Translations under genes and position numbers: made by a program
Source of the DNA: Octopus vulgaris
Lineage: Eukaryota
Assembly (NCBI GenBank): GCA_951406725.2
Contig: OX597821.1
Location: 118,172,001 to 118,236,000 of the forward strand
Length of the DNA stretch: 64,000 nucleotides
Direction: 5' to 3'
The notes under the pieces: generated by a model
What the model was told of the DNA's origin: nothing
The model's input: the letters and a program-made list of their open reading frames with translations, nothing else
Databases searched by the model: none
Part shown: piece after piece, positions 55,901 to 63,435 of the stretch
How positions within the stretch are numbered: position 1 is the stretch's first letter
How the letters are laid out: each line of letters begins with the position of its first letter

Positions 55901-58900
55901 GCCGTGTCAAGCCAATGTGACAAAGCAGGCTCATCCAACTAATATCATCTCAGACTTAGCTTCACGTCAGACTGTGGATGGTGGAGAGAACATGCTGAGG
56001 CCTTTGTCCTCCAGTGCTCTGAACGTAGGCAGTTCAATCCTATCCAATCCAAATTAAGGAACAGAAAATAGGCTTTGGATTACCTTAGATTATAAAGGTT
56101 CATTCTTCATTTTTATCTTCTTTCTATTTTCTTTATCTCGTTTTTTCTCTTCTATCAAAACTTTAGAAAACAAATATCGTGACTGTACTGAATCTGAATT
56201 TCGCTGTGACAACCAAAGATGCATCCTAAAGAAGTGGCGATGTAACTTTTATGACGAATGTCGTGATGGATCTGATGAAAATAACTGTGGTAAGTTTTGG
56301 CTTTTATCTTTTTAGTTTTTTTTTTATTAATCTGGAGGAAGGTCAATGGCCATGGATTTCCCAGGCTCTCTAAAACGGATGAGGTCAATACAGTTGTTCC
56401 ACTTGAACAATTGCAGATGGTGGATGAGAAAAATGAAATCTGGAAAGTAAGTGTTCCAGTGAGAAAGGACCGCTTGAAATAACTAGTGTCAAGCATAGGA
56501 TGACCAAAGTAGGAGGAGTGATGAGCAAGGAAGGAGTGTCTTAATAGAGATACTATGCAATCGACCAGATCTGAGGAACAGAGGCCACTGTAGTATTGAT
56601 AGAAAATTTATCACTCTTTGGGCATACCTAGTGGTATGCCCCTTCGTAGCACTGCTAGGCCCAGTATTTCTGGAAGTTATTCATAATAGTCCCTGACTCA
56701 AAAGTCCCCCTGAACAGACCAGCCAGTTTATTCTCTCCAGTTGCTAGGACTTCCCTGATAATGTCACACACTTACCCTCTTATTATCCTCTATATGTTAC
56801 AAAAGCAGACGTTCCAACAGCATTGTTTATCTGAGCAGTGAGTGCCAGATGATAGGTGCCCAATCTTGGAATTTTCTTGATGCTGTACTGCAGCTCCCAA
56901 CTGTAAAATGTGCCTCATAAAAGGAAGACCACACCCACTCATCAACCAGGAAATTACACAAATGGTGCAGCCTCAGCATGTGTCTGCACATTAACAGCCA
57001 CATATGTTGAGCCTGCCTTCCAAAGCAGGAGAGCCCAGGTTGCTGTTTCGCTTTTGCTCAGTGCACAACCCAGCTTGAATTTGATATTTCTTCTAGTGAG
57101 TTTCCTACTTAAAAAATAGTTTTGGTTTACAAACATTTTGGCATAATAAACAGCCTTCAGGAATAAGTGAAATTCATAAACCAAGGTTCCACTGTCTATG
57201 AAGAATTCTTGATTCTCTAATAGTAATGAAGGGCAGGAATAGTTAAATGCACATTAAAATGCCTTTCAGACTTTACATTATGAAAATGCTCATTTCTTTT
57301 ATATAAGTGCTTTCCAAAATAATCTTGTTGCAGGAATTCCAGATGAATTTCTTTAGGATTCTAAGCAGCATCCATCGAAGTAAATTTAATGAAACAAAAG
57401 TTGCTTTAGAGAAAGTATTTATTCACATGATAAACAAAGCAAATAGTAAAATATTGTTTGGAAAATAATGAATACAATTTTTTAAATTTTTATGAAATTT
57501 TATTAAGAAGAACCTTATTTTCTGGCAGCTTAGAATTTGGTCATGGAAAGCCAAGAGTTTTGCGTGAAACTCTGGGACCTAATTTAGGAAGAACTGCTTT
57601 ATATTATGGAAATGTTTGAGAAGGTGTCTGGCTTAATGGCTGACAGTCGTAAGGATGTGAGTTCGATTCCTGGAAGCACATTGCATCCTTGAGCAAAATC
57701 CTTTATTTCTAGTTGCTGCTCCAGTTCACTCAGCTGGCAAAAATGAGTTCTACCTGTAATTCAAAAGGGACAGCCTTGTCACATACATTGCATCATGCTG
57801 AATCTCCCTGAAAACTATGTGAAGGGCATATGTCTCTGTGGAATACTCAGCCACTTGCCTGATAATTTCACAAGCAGACTATTCTCTTGATCAAATCAAC
57901 TTGAATGCTAGTCATCATAACCTATGGAGAGTCAGGCCTTCCAAGGCTAGTAAAATGGTACAGCTTATTCCAATAAACATTTAACTTTCTCGACATTTAC
58001 AAGACATCATTATTATTGTTGGTTGCTGGTTGAGGTGTTAGTACGCTGGGGGCAAACTGCTGAGCATCCTTTTGTCCATCCATGCACTCTGAGTTCCTGT
58101 TCCACTAAGGATAAGTTTATCTTTCATCCTTTGGGGGTCAGTAAAATAAGTACCAGTCATGCACTGGGATTGATGTAATTGACTTACCCCTACCCCCAAA
58201 ATTGCTGGCCTTGTGCCAAAATTTGAAACCATTATTATTGTTCATTATGTTTTTATTTATTATTTGTGTTATTGTTATTTTTCTAGCTTCTATGAAGTGT
58301 TCTGAAGATGAGTTCAAGTGTGATACCGGTCACTGTATTAAAAAATATCTGACCTGTGATGGTTGGAGAAATTGCAGAGATGCTTCAGACGAAAGAAACT
58401 GCACACCCAAATATGGCGACAGATACTGTCCAATTAACAGATTCCAGTGTAACAACACTGTGAGACATTTCCTTTTTTTTTTTCATTTTAAACCAGCCAA
58501 ATCACCAAAGCCAAGTCATCTGAATATTATTGCCATTTTACCTCTCATTGTCGATATGTTGGTTTTGTTGATGTCATAAGAAATCCATACTCTGTTCTCT
58601 ACTCATCATCACACACACATTCTACACATGCAGGCACCATTATACTGACATGCAACATATGTAGCTATATACATTGCTATAATGTTAATACTATTATTGT
58701 GGTTGCCTATTCGTTTCTCATAAGTGGATAGAGTTGGTTCTATTTGTTTGATGTTAGTGATGGTGAGAGTAATGTTTGTGGTGGAAGTAGTCGTAATTTT
58801 CTTGTTAATTTTCTTGTTATTGCAGTTTAGTCACAAGTCAATCTGCAATGAGATCAAAAATATTTCATACAAGGAAATACAATACATTTTCTCGTATGAT

Positions 58901-59301
58901 TTTTTTTTCCATTTTATAGATTGAGAAGCTTATTTTGTTCATATTATTGCTACTGCTGTTGTTGATAATTTAGGGGGGGTATGTGGGTTGGTAGTGGTGC
59001 TTGTTTTTGGTTTTGTTATTGATATTCATGGTACTGATGGTGAAGTCTCATATATATATATATATATATACATTCTTTATTTAAAAGCAGCAGAAATATA
59101 ACAAAAGAGGTTACTCAGAGTTTCACCTTCCCGTTCATCGGACAGTTTTGCTAACAAAACTGTCCGACGAACGGGAAGGTGAAACTCTGCGTAACACCTT
59201 ATGTTATATTTCTGCTGCTTTTAAATAAAGCATATTACTCTACCTCTGGTATTTGAGTACTCTTTTTTCCACCTTGTTTCACATTTATGTGCTTACTCTG
59301 G

Positions 59302-59338
<37 letters not shown>

Positions 59339-60145
59339 GAAGAGAGTATGAAAAGTCTTGAGCCTCGAAAGAAAAAAACAGAACATGGTACAAGACTTCT
59401 GATGATTTATTTTTCAACATAGTCCCTTTCGATGGATGAACACTTTCTCCAGCAGTGCTGAAGCACCGTTATCCCAGCATAGAAGAACTCTTTTGTTTGA
59501 GACTCCAGAAAACTTCCTACAGTGTCTTTGTCACTGGCAAAATGGCGACCAGCCAGGGCTTTTTTCATTTTCGGGAATAGATAAAAGTCTGAGGTGGGGC
59601 TAAGTCTGGTGAATAAGGCAGATGGGGAACAAGCATGTAACCACAATCTTGAATTGTTGCCATGGCAACTACTGAGGTGTGGGCTGAAGCATTGTCGTGA
59701 TGAAAAAAAGGACTCCTCTGGTGAGCATTCTCTGCCTTTTTTCTTTTATTGTTTCTTGGAGGCATTTCAGTAGCTGAGAATAATACAGCCCTGTCAGGGT
59801 GTGACCTGTTTCAAGGTAATTGATCAACAAGACACCTTGAGAATCCAACAAAACGGACGCCTTGACCTTGCCAGTGGCAGGAATGACCCTGGCCTTCTTT
59901 GGGGTAGGAGAATATGTGTACTTCCACTGCTTTGATTGTTCTTTGGTTTCAGGCTGGTATACTAATAACACAAATATATACTAGTAATACATAATGTATT
60001 ACTAGTATATATTTGTGTAGCACACAGTCTTCGCACATGGGTATGTATTCTTATTATACTCCGTTTTGTGTTGGAATAAATAGACATAATAGAATGTCTA
60101 CCGGCTGATGTATGTCATTTTTGTATCCCCTACATTTTTTCTTTG

Positions 60146-60200
<55 letters not shown>

Positions 60201-60814
60201 ATTAGATGTTGTTTTAACCTCATGAAGGGATGGTTTCATCCAAGGAAATACTGATTCAATACCTAGTATTTGGGGGGAATAAATTTCCTTAAAATAATAG
60301 GTGTATATATAAAAACATATAGCTTATATTCATATAAAAGAAGAAAAAGAAAATGGAGTTTCGGAAGTTAATAATTGTTTATTATTAGCAGTAAATTAAT
60401 CATCATTCCTTACAGCTGTTTCAATTAATACTCAGTAAATTTAAGTAAATATTAAATTCATATAATCTGAGAATAATGTCTTCAGAGGTGAAAAATATAC
60501 CCTTGGATGTTTTGTATGTGTTTATGGATTCCCAATATGGTGATGATAGCGAAGGTGGTGGTGGTAGTGAAGGTGGTGGTGGTAGTGATGATGAATACTT
60601 GTAAGAACCATCTTGAATGCTATAATGAATCCATAAACACATATAAAACATCCAAGGGTATATTTTTTCTCTCTGAAGATATTATTTTCATGTCATATAA
60701 ACTTAATGTTTACTTAAAATTTCTGAGTATTAATTGAAACGGCTGTAAGGGATGATGATTAATTTGGTGTTAATAATAAACAAATCTCCATTTTCTCTTT
60801 TTTCTTTTATACAT

Positions 60815-60872
<58 letters not shown>

Positions 60873-61149
60873 ATAGATAGATAGATAGATAGATATGTAT
60901 GTATTTATGTCTGTGTTATATACTTTCATTTATTCAATAAGGTCTGCATTCCTAAACAATGGATGTGTGACAGTGACGATGACTGCGGTGATAAATCAGA
61001 TGAAACACGCGAGGTATGCCTTCAAATTGAGTGTTCAAAAAAAAAGAGAAAATTCCGCTGCAACAATTTATTATGCATTCCAATATGGCGAGTCTGCAAT
61101 GGAAGAGATAATTGTGGAGATGGTTCAGATGAAAATACTCATCACCTTT
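929..61149 (+). CDS. LRP2: LRP2/megalin-like LDL-receptor-related protein, internal part (21 exons; LDL-A cluster III, EGF x2, YWTD propeller, EGF, LDL-A cluster IV); partial at both ends
   Basis: 21 GT-AG exons with compatible phases join into one open frame of about 1172 codons. Module order and diagnostic peptides recall vertebrate megalin as I remember it ([63 protein letters not shown]) rather than LRP1. Confidence 0.9.
2781..3346 (-). mobile_element. Probable solo LTR
   Basis: TGTA...TACA termini with 4-bp direct repeat CATC on both flanks (2777-2780, 3347-3350); TATA-like and AATAAA motifs in order on the minus strand. Confidence 0.65.
3534..3656 (+). CDS. LRP2: LRP2-like exon 2, LDL-A repeat
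   Basis: ttccag|...|gtaag; [41 protein letters not shown]. Confidence 0.92.
4941..5087 (+). CDS. LRP2: LRP2-like exon 3, LDL-A repeat plus start of next
   Basis: ctcccag|...|gtttgt; [49 protein letters not shown]. Confidence 0.9.
5125..5770 (-). mobile_element. Three tandem copies of tRNA-derived SINE family A
   Basis: Repeated aaaggcaaagtc.acctc.gcagaatta.aactca.aatg, the reverse complement of the intact copy at 62815. Confidence 0.8.
5929..6027 (+). CDS. LRP2: LRP2-like exon 4, LDL-A repeat (remainder)
   Basis: tttcag|...|gtaagt; [33 protein letters not shown], last Cys codon split T|GT with exon 5. Confidence 0.9.
6075..6350 (-). mobile_element. tRNA-derived SINE family C (other copies near 470-700, 8230-8560, 48660-48960, 52890-53100, 53360-53560, 55300-55610, 57620-57930, 61450-61705, 62290-62600)
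   Basis: Shared core gctgagtggactggagcaa..tgaaat.aagtgt.ttgctcaagaacacaa and a tRNA-like head with A/B-box-like motifs. Confidence 0.75.
8741..8866 (+). CDS. LRP2: LRP2-like exon 5, LDL-A repeat
   Basis: tttcag|...|gtaag; [41 protein letters not shown]. Confidence 0.92.
8935..9735 (-). mobile_element. RTE-clade LINE fragment (decayed RT region)
   Basis: Minus-strand remnants [26 protein letters not shown] and [16 protein letters not shown], homologous to the 21.8-25 kb copy. Confidence 0.8.
10540..10805 (-). mobile_element. RTE LINE 3' end with (CAT)n tail (similar 3' fragments near 12645-12940, 13200-13570, 28100-28520, 28785-29490, 30915-31090, 38810-39070)
   Basis: (cat)n tttaacgtccgctttccatgctagcatgggttggacg matches the reverse complement of the 24650-25068 3' UTR. 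Confidence 0.8.
10871..11128 (+). CDS. LRP2: LRP2-like exon 6, two LDL-A repeats
   Basis: tttcag|...|gtaag; [85 protein letters not shown]. Confidence 0.92.
11200..11741. mobile_element. Tc1-like MITE interrupted by a Helitron
   Basis: Imperfect TIRs tggtcgtggccaaaagtctggaaca / tgtttcaaacttttgaccatgactg with TA flanks. Confidence 0.6.
11284..11677 (-). mobile_element. Non-autonomous Helitron
   Basis: Minus strand 5'-TC...subterminal hairpin...CTAG-3', inserted between A and T with no TSD; related partial copy at about 30310-30580. Confidence 0.75.
13020..13142 (+). CDS. LRP2: LRP2-like exon 7, LDL-A repeat
   Basis: tttcag|...|gtgagt; [41 protein letters not shown]. Confidence 0.92.
14525..14890 (+). 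mobile_element. Two tandem SINE family A copies (more at 17150-17360, 17678-18345, 20690-21040 minus, 36733-36880, 51372-51595, 52082-52560, 58036-58232)
   Basis: ttctgagttcaaat B-box-like motif followed by ctttgcctttcatccttt.ggggtcgataaattaagtacc core. Confidence 0.8.
15006..15440. mobile_element. Mariner-like MITE between (TA)n tracts
   Basis: Degenerate TIRs gaggtctgatgaaaaagtatg / tatattttttatcaaacctc. Confidence 0.45.
15551..15714. repeat. Foldback inverted repeat, arms about 70 bp
   Basis: cttttatcaattcaataatgaaaaattaaattataccatctagaaaattaca ... tgtaattttctagatggtataatttaatttttcattattgagttgataaaag. Confidence 0.9.
15749..15871 (+). CDS. LRP2: LRP2-like exon 8, last LDL-A repeat of cluster III
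   Basis: ttacag|...|gtaagt; [41 protein letters not shown] (a second in-frame AG lies 9 nt downstream). Confidence 0.88.
17422..17547 (+). CDS. LRP2: LRP2-like exon 9, EGF-like module
   Basis: caacag|...|gtcagt; [42 protein letters not shown]. Confidence 0.9.
18070..18286. mobile_element. Mariner-type MITE inserted in a SINE A copy
   Basis: TIRs tgaggagatgtcgaaaagtttctggcttt / aaagccaggaatttttcagcaccccctca with TA duplication; splits SINE sequence ggggtcaatgta|attgactt. Confidence 0.8.
19904..20200. repeat. Minisatellite, 25-26 bp unit, about 12 copies
   Basis: Unit atgccaggtgctcagaggtgtcttt with variants. Confidence 0.9.
21086..21217 (+). CDS. LRP2: LRP2-like exon 10, calcium-binding EGF module
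   Basis: ttatag|...|gtaaaa; [44 protein letters not shown]. Confidence 0.92.
21790..25068 (+). mobile_element. RTE-clade LINE, near full length but inactivated
   Basis: ORF 21869-23605 has APE endonuclease motifs (CIQEVRW, GDFNGH, SQIDFIL) and RT start ([24 protein letters not shown]). Frameshift near 23600, then [12 protein letters not shown] and [14 protein letters not shown] deletion near 23860 removes the YADD motif. C-terminal RRLRWYGHV and GRGRPRKTW follow, then a 3' UTR ending in (GAT)n. Confidence 0.93.
25100..25610 (-). mobile_element. Decayed Tc1/mariner-superfamily transposase fragment
   Basis: Minus-strand remnants GRPYVW.Q.SAP and DYNVWG; TIR-like caaggtgtttgggctaaattt next to a TA run. 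Confidence 0.55.
26360..26535. repeat. (TATG)n/(TG)n compound microsatellite
   Basis: Directly visible; other simple repeats at 15890-16020, 27650-27950, 39795-39853, 51975-52078, 54890-55110 and many (TA)n tracts. Confidence 0.95.
26619..27141 (-). mobile_element. Non-autonomous Helitron (second family)
   Basis: CTAG at 26619-26622, hairpin cccggcattgcccggg about 10 nt inside, other end reads A|TC on the minus strand, internal (GACA)-type repeat near the 5' end. Confidence 0.75.
27274..27532 (+). CDS. LRP2: LRP2-like exon 11, YWTD beta-propeller start
   Basis: caatag|...|gtaag; [21 protein letters not shown]...[14 protein letters not shown]...FAVDWVGR; phase 1-2. Confidence 0.9.
28701..29642. 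mobile_element. Tigger/pogo-like MITE nested in a SINE B copy and itself carrying an RTE 3' fragment
   Basis: Left end ta|cagtaattttccttggttttcgaac; right ends aaaccgaggtactactg|ta (29561) and gaactgaggttctactg|ta (29642). Confidence 0.55.
31171..31350. ncRNA. Foldback element with two oppositely oriented hammerhead-ribozyme-like motifs (31184-31244 minus, 31276-31336 plus)
   Basis: Minus: agggt CTGAAGA (stem II) GAAAC CCAGG GTA atcct; plus: gggat CTGAAGA (stem II) GAAAC CCAGG GTA acccc. Confidence 0.7.
31818..31946 (+). CDS. LRP2: LRP2-like exon 12, YWTD propeller (degenerate blade)
   Basis: long pyrimidine tract, tttcag|...|gtatgt; [43 protein letters not shown]; phase 2-2 fits both neighbours. 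Confidence 0.85.
33193..33377. repeat. Foldback (37-bp perfect arms) bounded by a 14-bp direct repeat, with a truncated hammerhead-like remnant in the loop
   Basis: Arms 33248-33284 and 33331-33367; gtaacttttagtgg at 33193 and 33364. Confidence 0.8.
34343..34513 (+). CDS. LRP2: LRP2-like exon 13, YWTD propeller
   Basis: tttaaag|...|gtaagt; [57 protein letters not shown]. Confidence 0.9.
34650..36345 (+). mobile_element. 5'-truncated RTE LINE interrupted by a solo LTR
   Basis: [50 protein letters not shown], then 3' UTR ending gttaaacgatgatgatg. Confidence 0.85.
35206..35773 (-). mobile_element. Probable solo LTR inserted in RTE copy
   Basis: TGT...ACA termini, degenerate CTA-containing flanking duplication, RTE sequence resumes on both sides. 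Confidence 0.55.
37188..37411 (+). CDS. LRP2: LRP2-like exon 14, YWTD propeller end
   Basis: ttgtag|...|gttagt; [12 protein letters not shown]...[26 protein letters not shown]...VFHSLRQKQ. Confidence 0.92.
39072..39392. repeat. Minisatellite, 29-bp unit, 11 copies, derived from RTE sequence
   Basis: Unit gtcttggtcatttgtcttgcctccatgag. Confidence 0.92.
39912..40154 (+). CDS. LRP2: LRP2-like exon 15, EGF plus first LDL-A of cluster IV
   Basis: ttacag|...|gtaag; [31 protein letters not shown]...[37 protein letters not shown]. Confidence 0.92.
40230..42650 (-). mobile_element. Internally deleted RTE LINE (EN remnant, RT remnant, 3' UTR) interrupted by a foldback element
   Basis: [23 protein letters not shown] (42377-42643), [12 protein letters not shown]...CSICRKG (41305-41568), FRYLGDQV...RIGWAKFR (41079-41357), (CAT)n tail at about 40230. 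Confidence 0.88.
41691..41857. repeat. Foldback inverted repeat, arms about 72-78 bp, flanked by (TA)n
   Basis: ataggaaaatgtgttgctgaaaatgcactt...tttacatatg / catatgtaaa...aagtgcattttcagcaacacattttcctat. Confidence 0.9.
43173..43216 (-). ncRNA. Minimal hammerhead-ribozyme-like motif (C3U variant)
   Basis: Minus: gggaac TTGAAGA ctgctttaatgcaa GAAA GTATAC TA gtccc; palindromic stem III AGTATACT; lies between (TA)n tracts. Confidence 0.55.
43828..43935 (+). ncRNA. Hammerhead-ribozyme-like motif with long AU-rich stem II
   Basis: ac CTGAAGA ttgactataatt...aattgtagccat GAAAC ATAC GTA gt. Confidence 0.45.
44023..44865 (-). mobile_element. Head-to-tail dimer of non-autonomous Helitrons (44023-44304 and 44305-44865)
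   Basis: Both units start on the plus strand with ctagcagtatcgcccggcgttgctcggg (3' CTAG plus hairpin) and end caacttcacttttatatata..aga (5' TC). Confidence 0.85.
45064..45303 (+). CDS. LRP2: LRP2-like exon 16, two LDL-A repeats
   Basis: ttttag|...|gtgag; [16 protein letters not shown]...[49 protein letters not shown]. Confidence 0.92.
45487..45893 (-). mobile_element. tRNA-derived SINE family B with internal (CA)/(TA) microsatellite (other copies near 12180-12590, 13645-14290, 18370-18705, 28540-29945, 37470-37840, 46755-48460, 50855-51340, 63160-63590)
   Basis: Head gtggctgtgtggtaag...ggttcagtcccactgcgtggcaccttgggcaagtgtcttct; tail gactgaaacaagtaaaagagtaaaa. Confidence 0.8.
46951..48231 (-). 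mobile_element. Tc1/mariner-superfamily transposon with decayed transposase, inserted in the (TA)n of a SINE B copy
   Basis: TIRs cagggtgtagcaggtaaattgagac / gtcccaatttaccagttacaacctg; minus-strand remnants [26 protein letters not shown]. Confidence 0.82.
49189..49314 (+). CDS. LRP2: LRP2-like exon 17, LDL-A repeat
   Basis: atccag|...|gtaagt; [41 protein letters not shown] (absent from the ORF track). Confidence 0.9.
49422..50775. mobile_element. pogo/Tigger-like non-autonomous TIR element
   Basis: ta|ctgtaaaaacccatgtaattt ... aaattacatgggtttttatgg|ta. Confidence 0.7.
51700..51945 (+). CDS. LRP2: LRP2-like exon 18, two LDL-A repeats
   Basis: ttacag|...|gtatga; [81 protein letters not shown]. 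Confidence 0.92.
52595..52838. mobile_element. Tigger-like MITE
   Basis: ta|caggtcatcatcaacttaggac ... gtcataagtcaacgacgacctg|ta; internal gtc.taagt repeats. Confidence 0.72.
56167..56289 (+). CDS. LRP2: LRP2-like exon 19, LDL-A repeat
   Basis: ctttag|...|gtaagt; [40 protein letters not shown]. Confidence 0.92.
58287..58459 (+). CDS. LRP2: LRP2-like exon 20, LDL-A repeat plus half of next
   Basis: ttctag|...|gtgaga; [57 protein letters not shown]; phase 1-0. Confidence 0.9.
59075..59230. ncRNA. Near-perfect 76-bp-arm hairpin with two opposed hammerhead-like motifs (U4C variant)
   Basis: Loop CTAA at 59151-59154; plus arm tgt CCGACGA acgggaaggt GAAAC TCTGC GTA aca; minus arm has CCGATGA...GAAACTCTGAGTA; (TA)n on both sides. 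Confidence 0.55.
59337..59965 (-). mobile_element. Mariner transposase pseudogene (catalytic half plus 3' TIR)
   Basis: [66 protein letters not shown] across three frameshifted ORFs. Confidence 0.9.
60334..60810. ncRNA. Foldback element (arms about 185-200 bp) with two opposed hammerhead-like motifs (60408-60488 minus, 60668-60752 plus)
   Basis: Minus: cct CTGAAGA (long stem II) GAAAC AGCT GTA agg; plus: tctct CTGAAGA (long stem II) GAAAC GGCT GTA aggga; flanked by (TA)n. Confidence 0.7.
60942..61149 (+). CDS. LRP2: LRP2-like exon 21, LDL-A remainder plus next repeat
   Basis: aataag|...|gtaagt; [69 protein letters not shown]; phase 0-1. Confidence 0.9.
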
Positions 61150-62814
61150 GTAAGTTTGGTTTTGTTATTCACCTGTTGCCCCTCACCCTCAGAATTTCTC
61201 TAAAATCAATGAGGCTTTCAATGTGTTGATCATCAGCTCTTGCCCAGTTATAGAAAGCAATTTGTGGCAATGTCTAGTTGTGCTTATTTAGCAAATAACT
61301 TCAATGTGGGACCAGGACAGTTATGCCATGGGAGAATAATTTTGGCCATTCAAGAACCCACTTTTACATTGGCATTTTGTTTATTTCCTGACAGCGTTGT
61401 TGTTCTTGTTGATGATGGTCATGGTGGTGGTGGTGGTGATGAGTACCATCTTGAATTCTAGGGCTTATAGGACCACTTGCCCAATTCCCATGGCGTGTGG
61501 GTGAAGGAGGCCATAGCAGTCCCATCCACCACAATGGGGTGCCGGTCTGTCGTTGCAAGGTTACACATTTTCAGCTGGGTGCACAGAAGCAACAAGAAAT
61601 AAAGTGCTTTGCTCAAGAACCCAACACACCAACAGTTCTAGGAATCAAAGCCACAATCTTGCAGCCCAGAAGACAGCACTCAAACAACTTGGCCATATGC
61701 CTTCCCCTTCACCATTCCCACTTTTCTTCAAAGATGAACAATCAAGCCATTAGATTCCATTTGAATTTACTTCTCTCATATTCAAGCCGTGCCTTCGTGG
61801 TTTGTGTATTCGGTCTATGATCTGTTGACTGGGTTAACTGGAGCCTTTGTTGCCATAACCAGTGGAGTGCCAGTTAGTTTGCATATCCAAGCAGTTCTTT
61901 CCCTGCCGTTCTTTCTTTCACAGACCCAATCAGGATCCTCTCTACACTAATCTAGTGCTACCTTCCTGTCAGCCTTCTTCTTGCACTTTCTCTCCATACT
62001 GGCTCTTTATGGTATCACAATATCAACCAGACTATCAGGTGCTGTTAGACACCACTGGTCACAATGCGCTTCCAGTTCTGTCTTGATGACATTGTTCTTT
62101 TTCACTTTGACCGAAATTGCTTTACTAAATTGTTTACGCATTGTCATGGAGGCCATCCAAGTAGCCTTTTCCGATCTTTTGGATACCACCCGGACTCGCT
62201 CTTCAGATAATTTAAATAGAAATAATCTAAGGGAGATAACTCAAAGTGACCAGTTCCATGTATTTAAACAACATAGACAAATAAAACTGGCAATTCATTG
62301 GTTACAACAACAAGTATTCTGGTTGATCTGATCAATGGAACAGCCTGCTTGTAAAATATATGTAAGTGGCTGAGTACTCCACAGACACGTGCACCTTTGT
62401 TGTAGTTCTCAGGGAGATTCAGTGTAACACAGAATGTGACAAGGCTGGTCTCTTTAATAAAGGTGCAACTCATTTTTACCAGCAGAGTGGACTGGAGTAA
62501 TATGAAATGAAGTGTCTTGCTCAAGGGCATAAGGCATTTCCAGGAATCGAACTTATGTTCAGGATTTAAATATCCCAACCCTGAAGCCATGTGCCTTTAT
62601 GCTACATAAACAACTACAGGTATGTCAAATGCCCTGCAGGATAAATTCTTGGTTTCTTAAAATCATCGCTGCTCCTAGAAGATGTTTAATAGTTACCAAA
62701 CAGCAATGAAGACCAGCTCCACTTAAAAGAGAGGGAGAAAATCACATGATAGTCCATGTCTGTCCTTTCATCTCTGGACAATAAGCTTGTCCTTTTCCTT
62801 AATGGTATGTCTAA

Positions 62815-63045
62815 GGCGGCGAGCTGGCAGAACCATTAGCATGCCTGGTGAAATGCTTAGCGGTATTTCGTCTGCCATTATGTTCTGAGTTCAAATTCCG
62901 CCAAGGTCGACTTTGCCTTTCATCCTTTCGGGGTCGATAAATTAAGTACCATTTATGCACTGGTGTCGATATAATTGACTTAATCCGTTTGTCTGTCCTT
63001 GTTTGTCCTCTCTGTGTTTAGCCCCTTGTGGGTAGTAAAGAAATA
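62815..63045 (+). mobile_element. Intact-looking tRNA-derived SINE family A copy
   Basis: ggcggcgagctggcagaa (A-box-like)...ttctgagttcaaattcc (B-box-like)...core...tail ccccttgtgggtagtaaagaaata. Confidence 0.82.
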
Positions 63046-63360
63046 GAAACAGGTATCTCAACTGTGGACATTTTAACTCTTGAAATTATCTCCCATGCTC
63101 CAGTATGGTCGGTTTCCATTACCATTTCCTAAGGCAGAGATAATTTTAATGATCTTTTCCTTGTTTCAGTCATTAGACTGCGGCCATACTGGAGCAATGC
63201 CTTAAAGAACTTTCAGTTGAATAAATTAACCCCAGTACATTTTTTTAAAGCCTGCTACATATTCCAGCAGTCTGTTTTTGCCAAACTGCTAAGTTATGGG
63301 ACATAAACACACCAACACCGGTTGTCAAGCAGTGGGAGGGTAGGACAAACACAGACACAA

Positions 63361-63435
<75 letters not shown>

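Noticed and set aside
62815-62900. tRNA gene
   Set aside because: A/B-box-like motifs belong to a SINE head repeated many times; no complete cloverleaf is evident.
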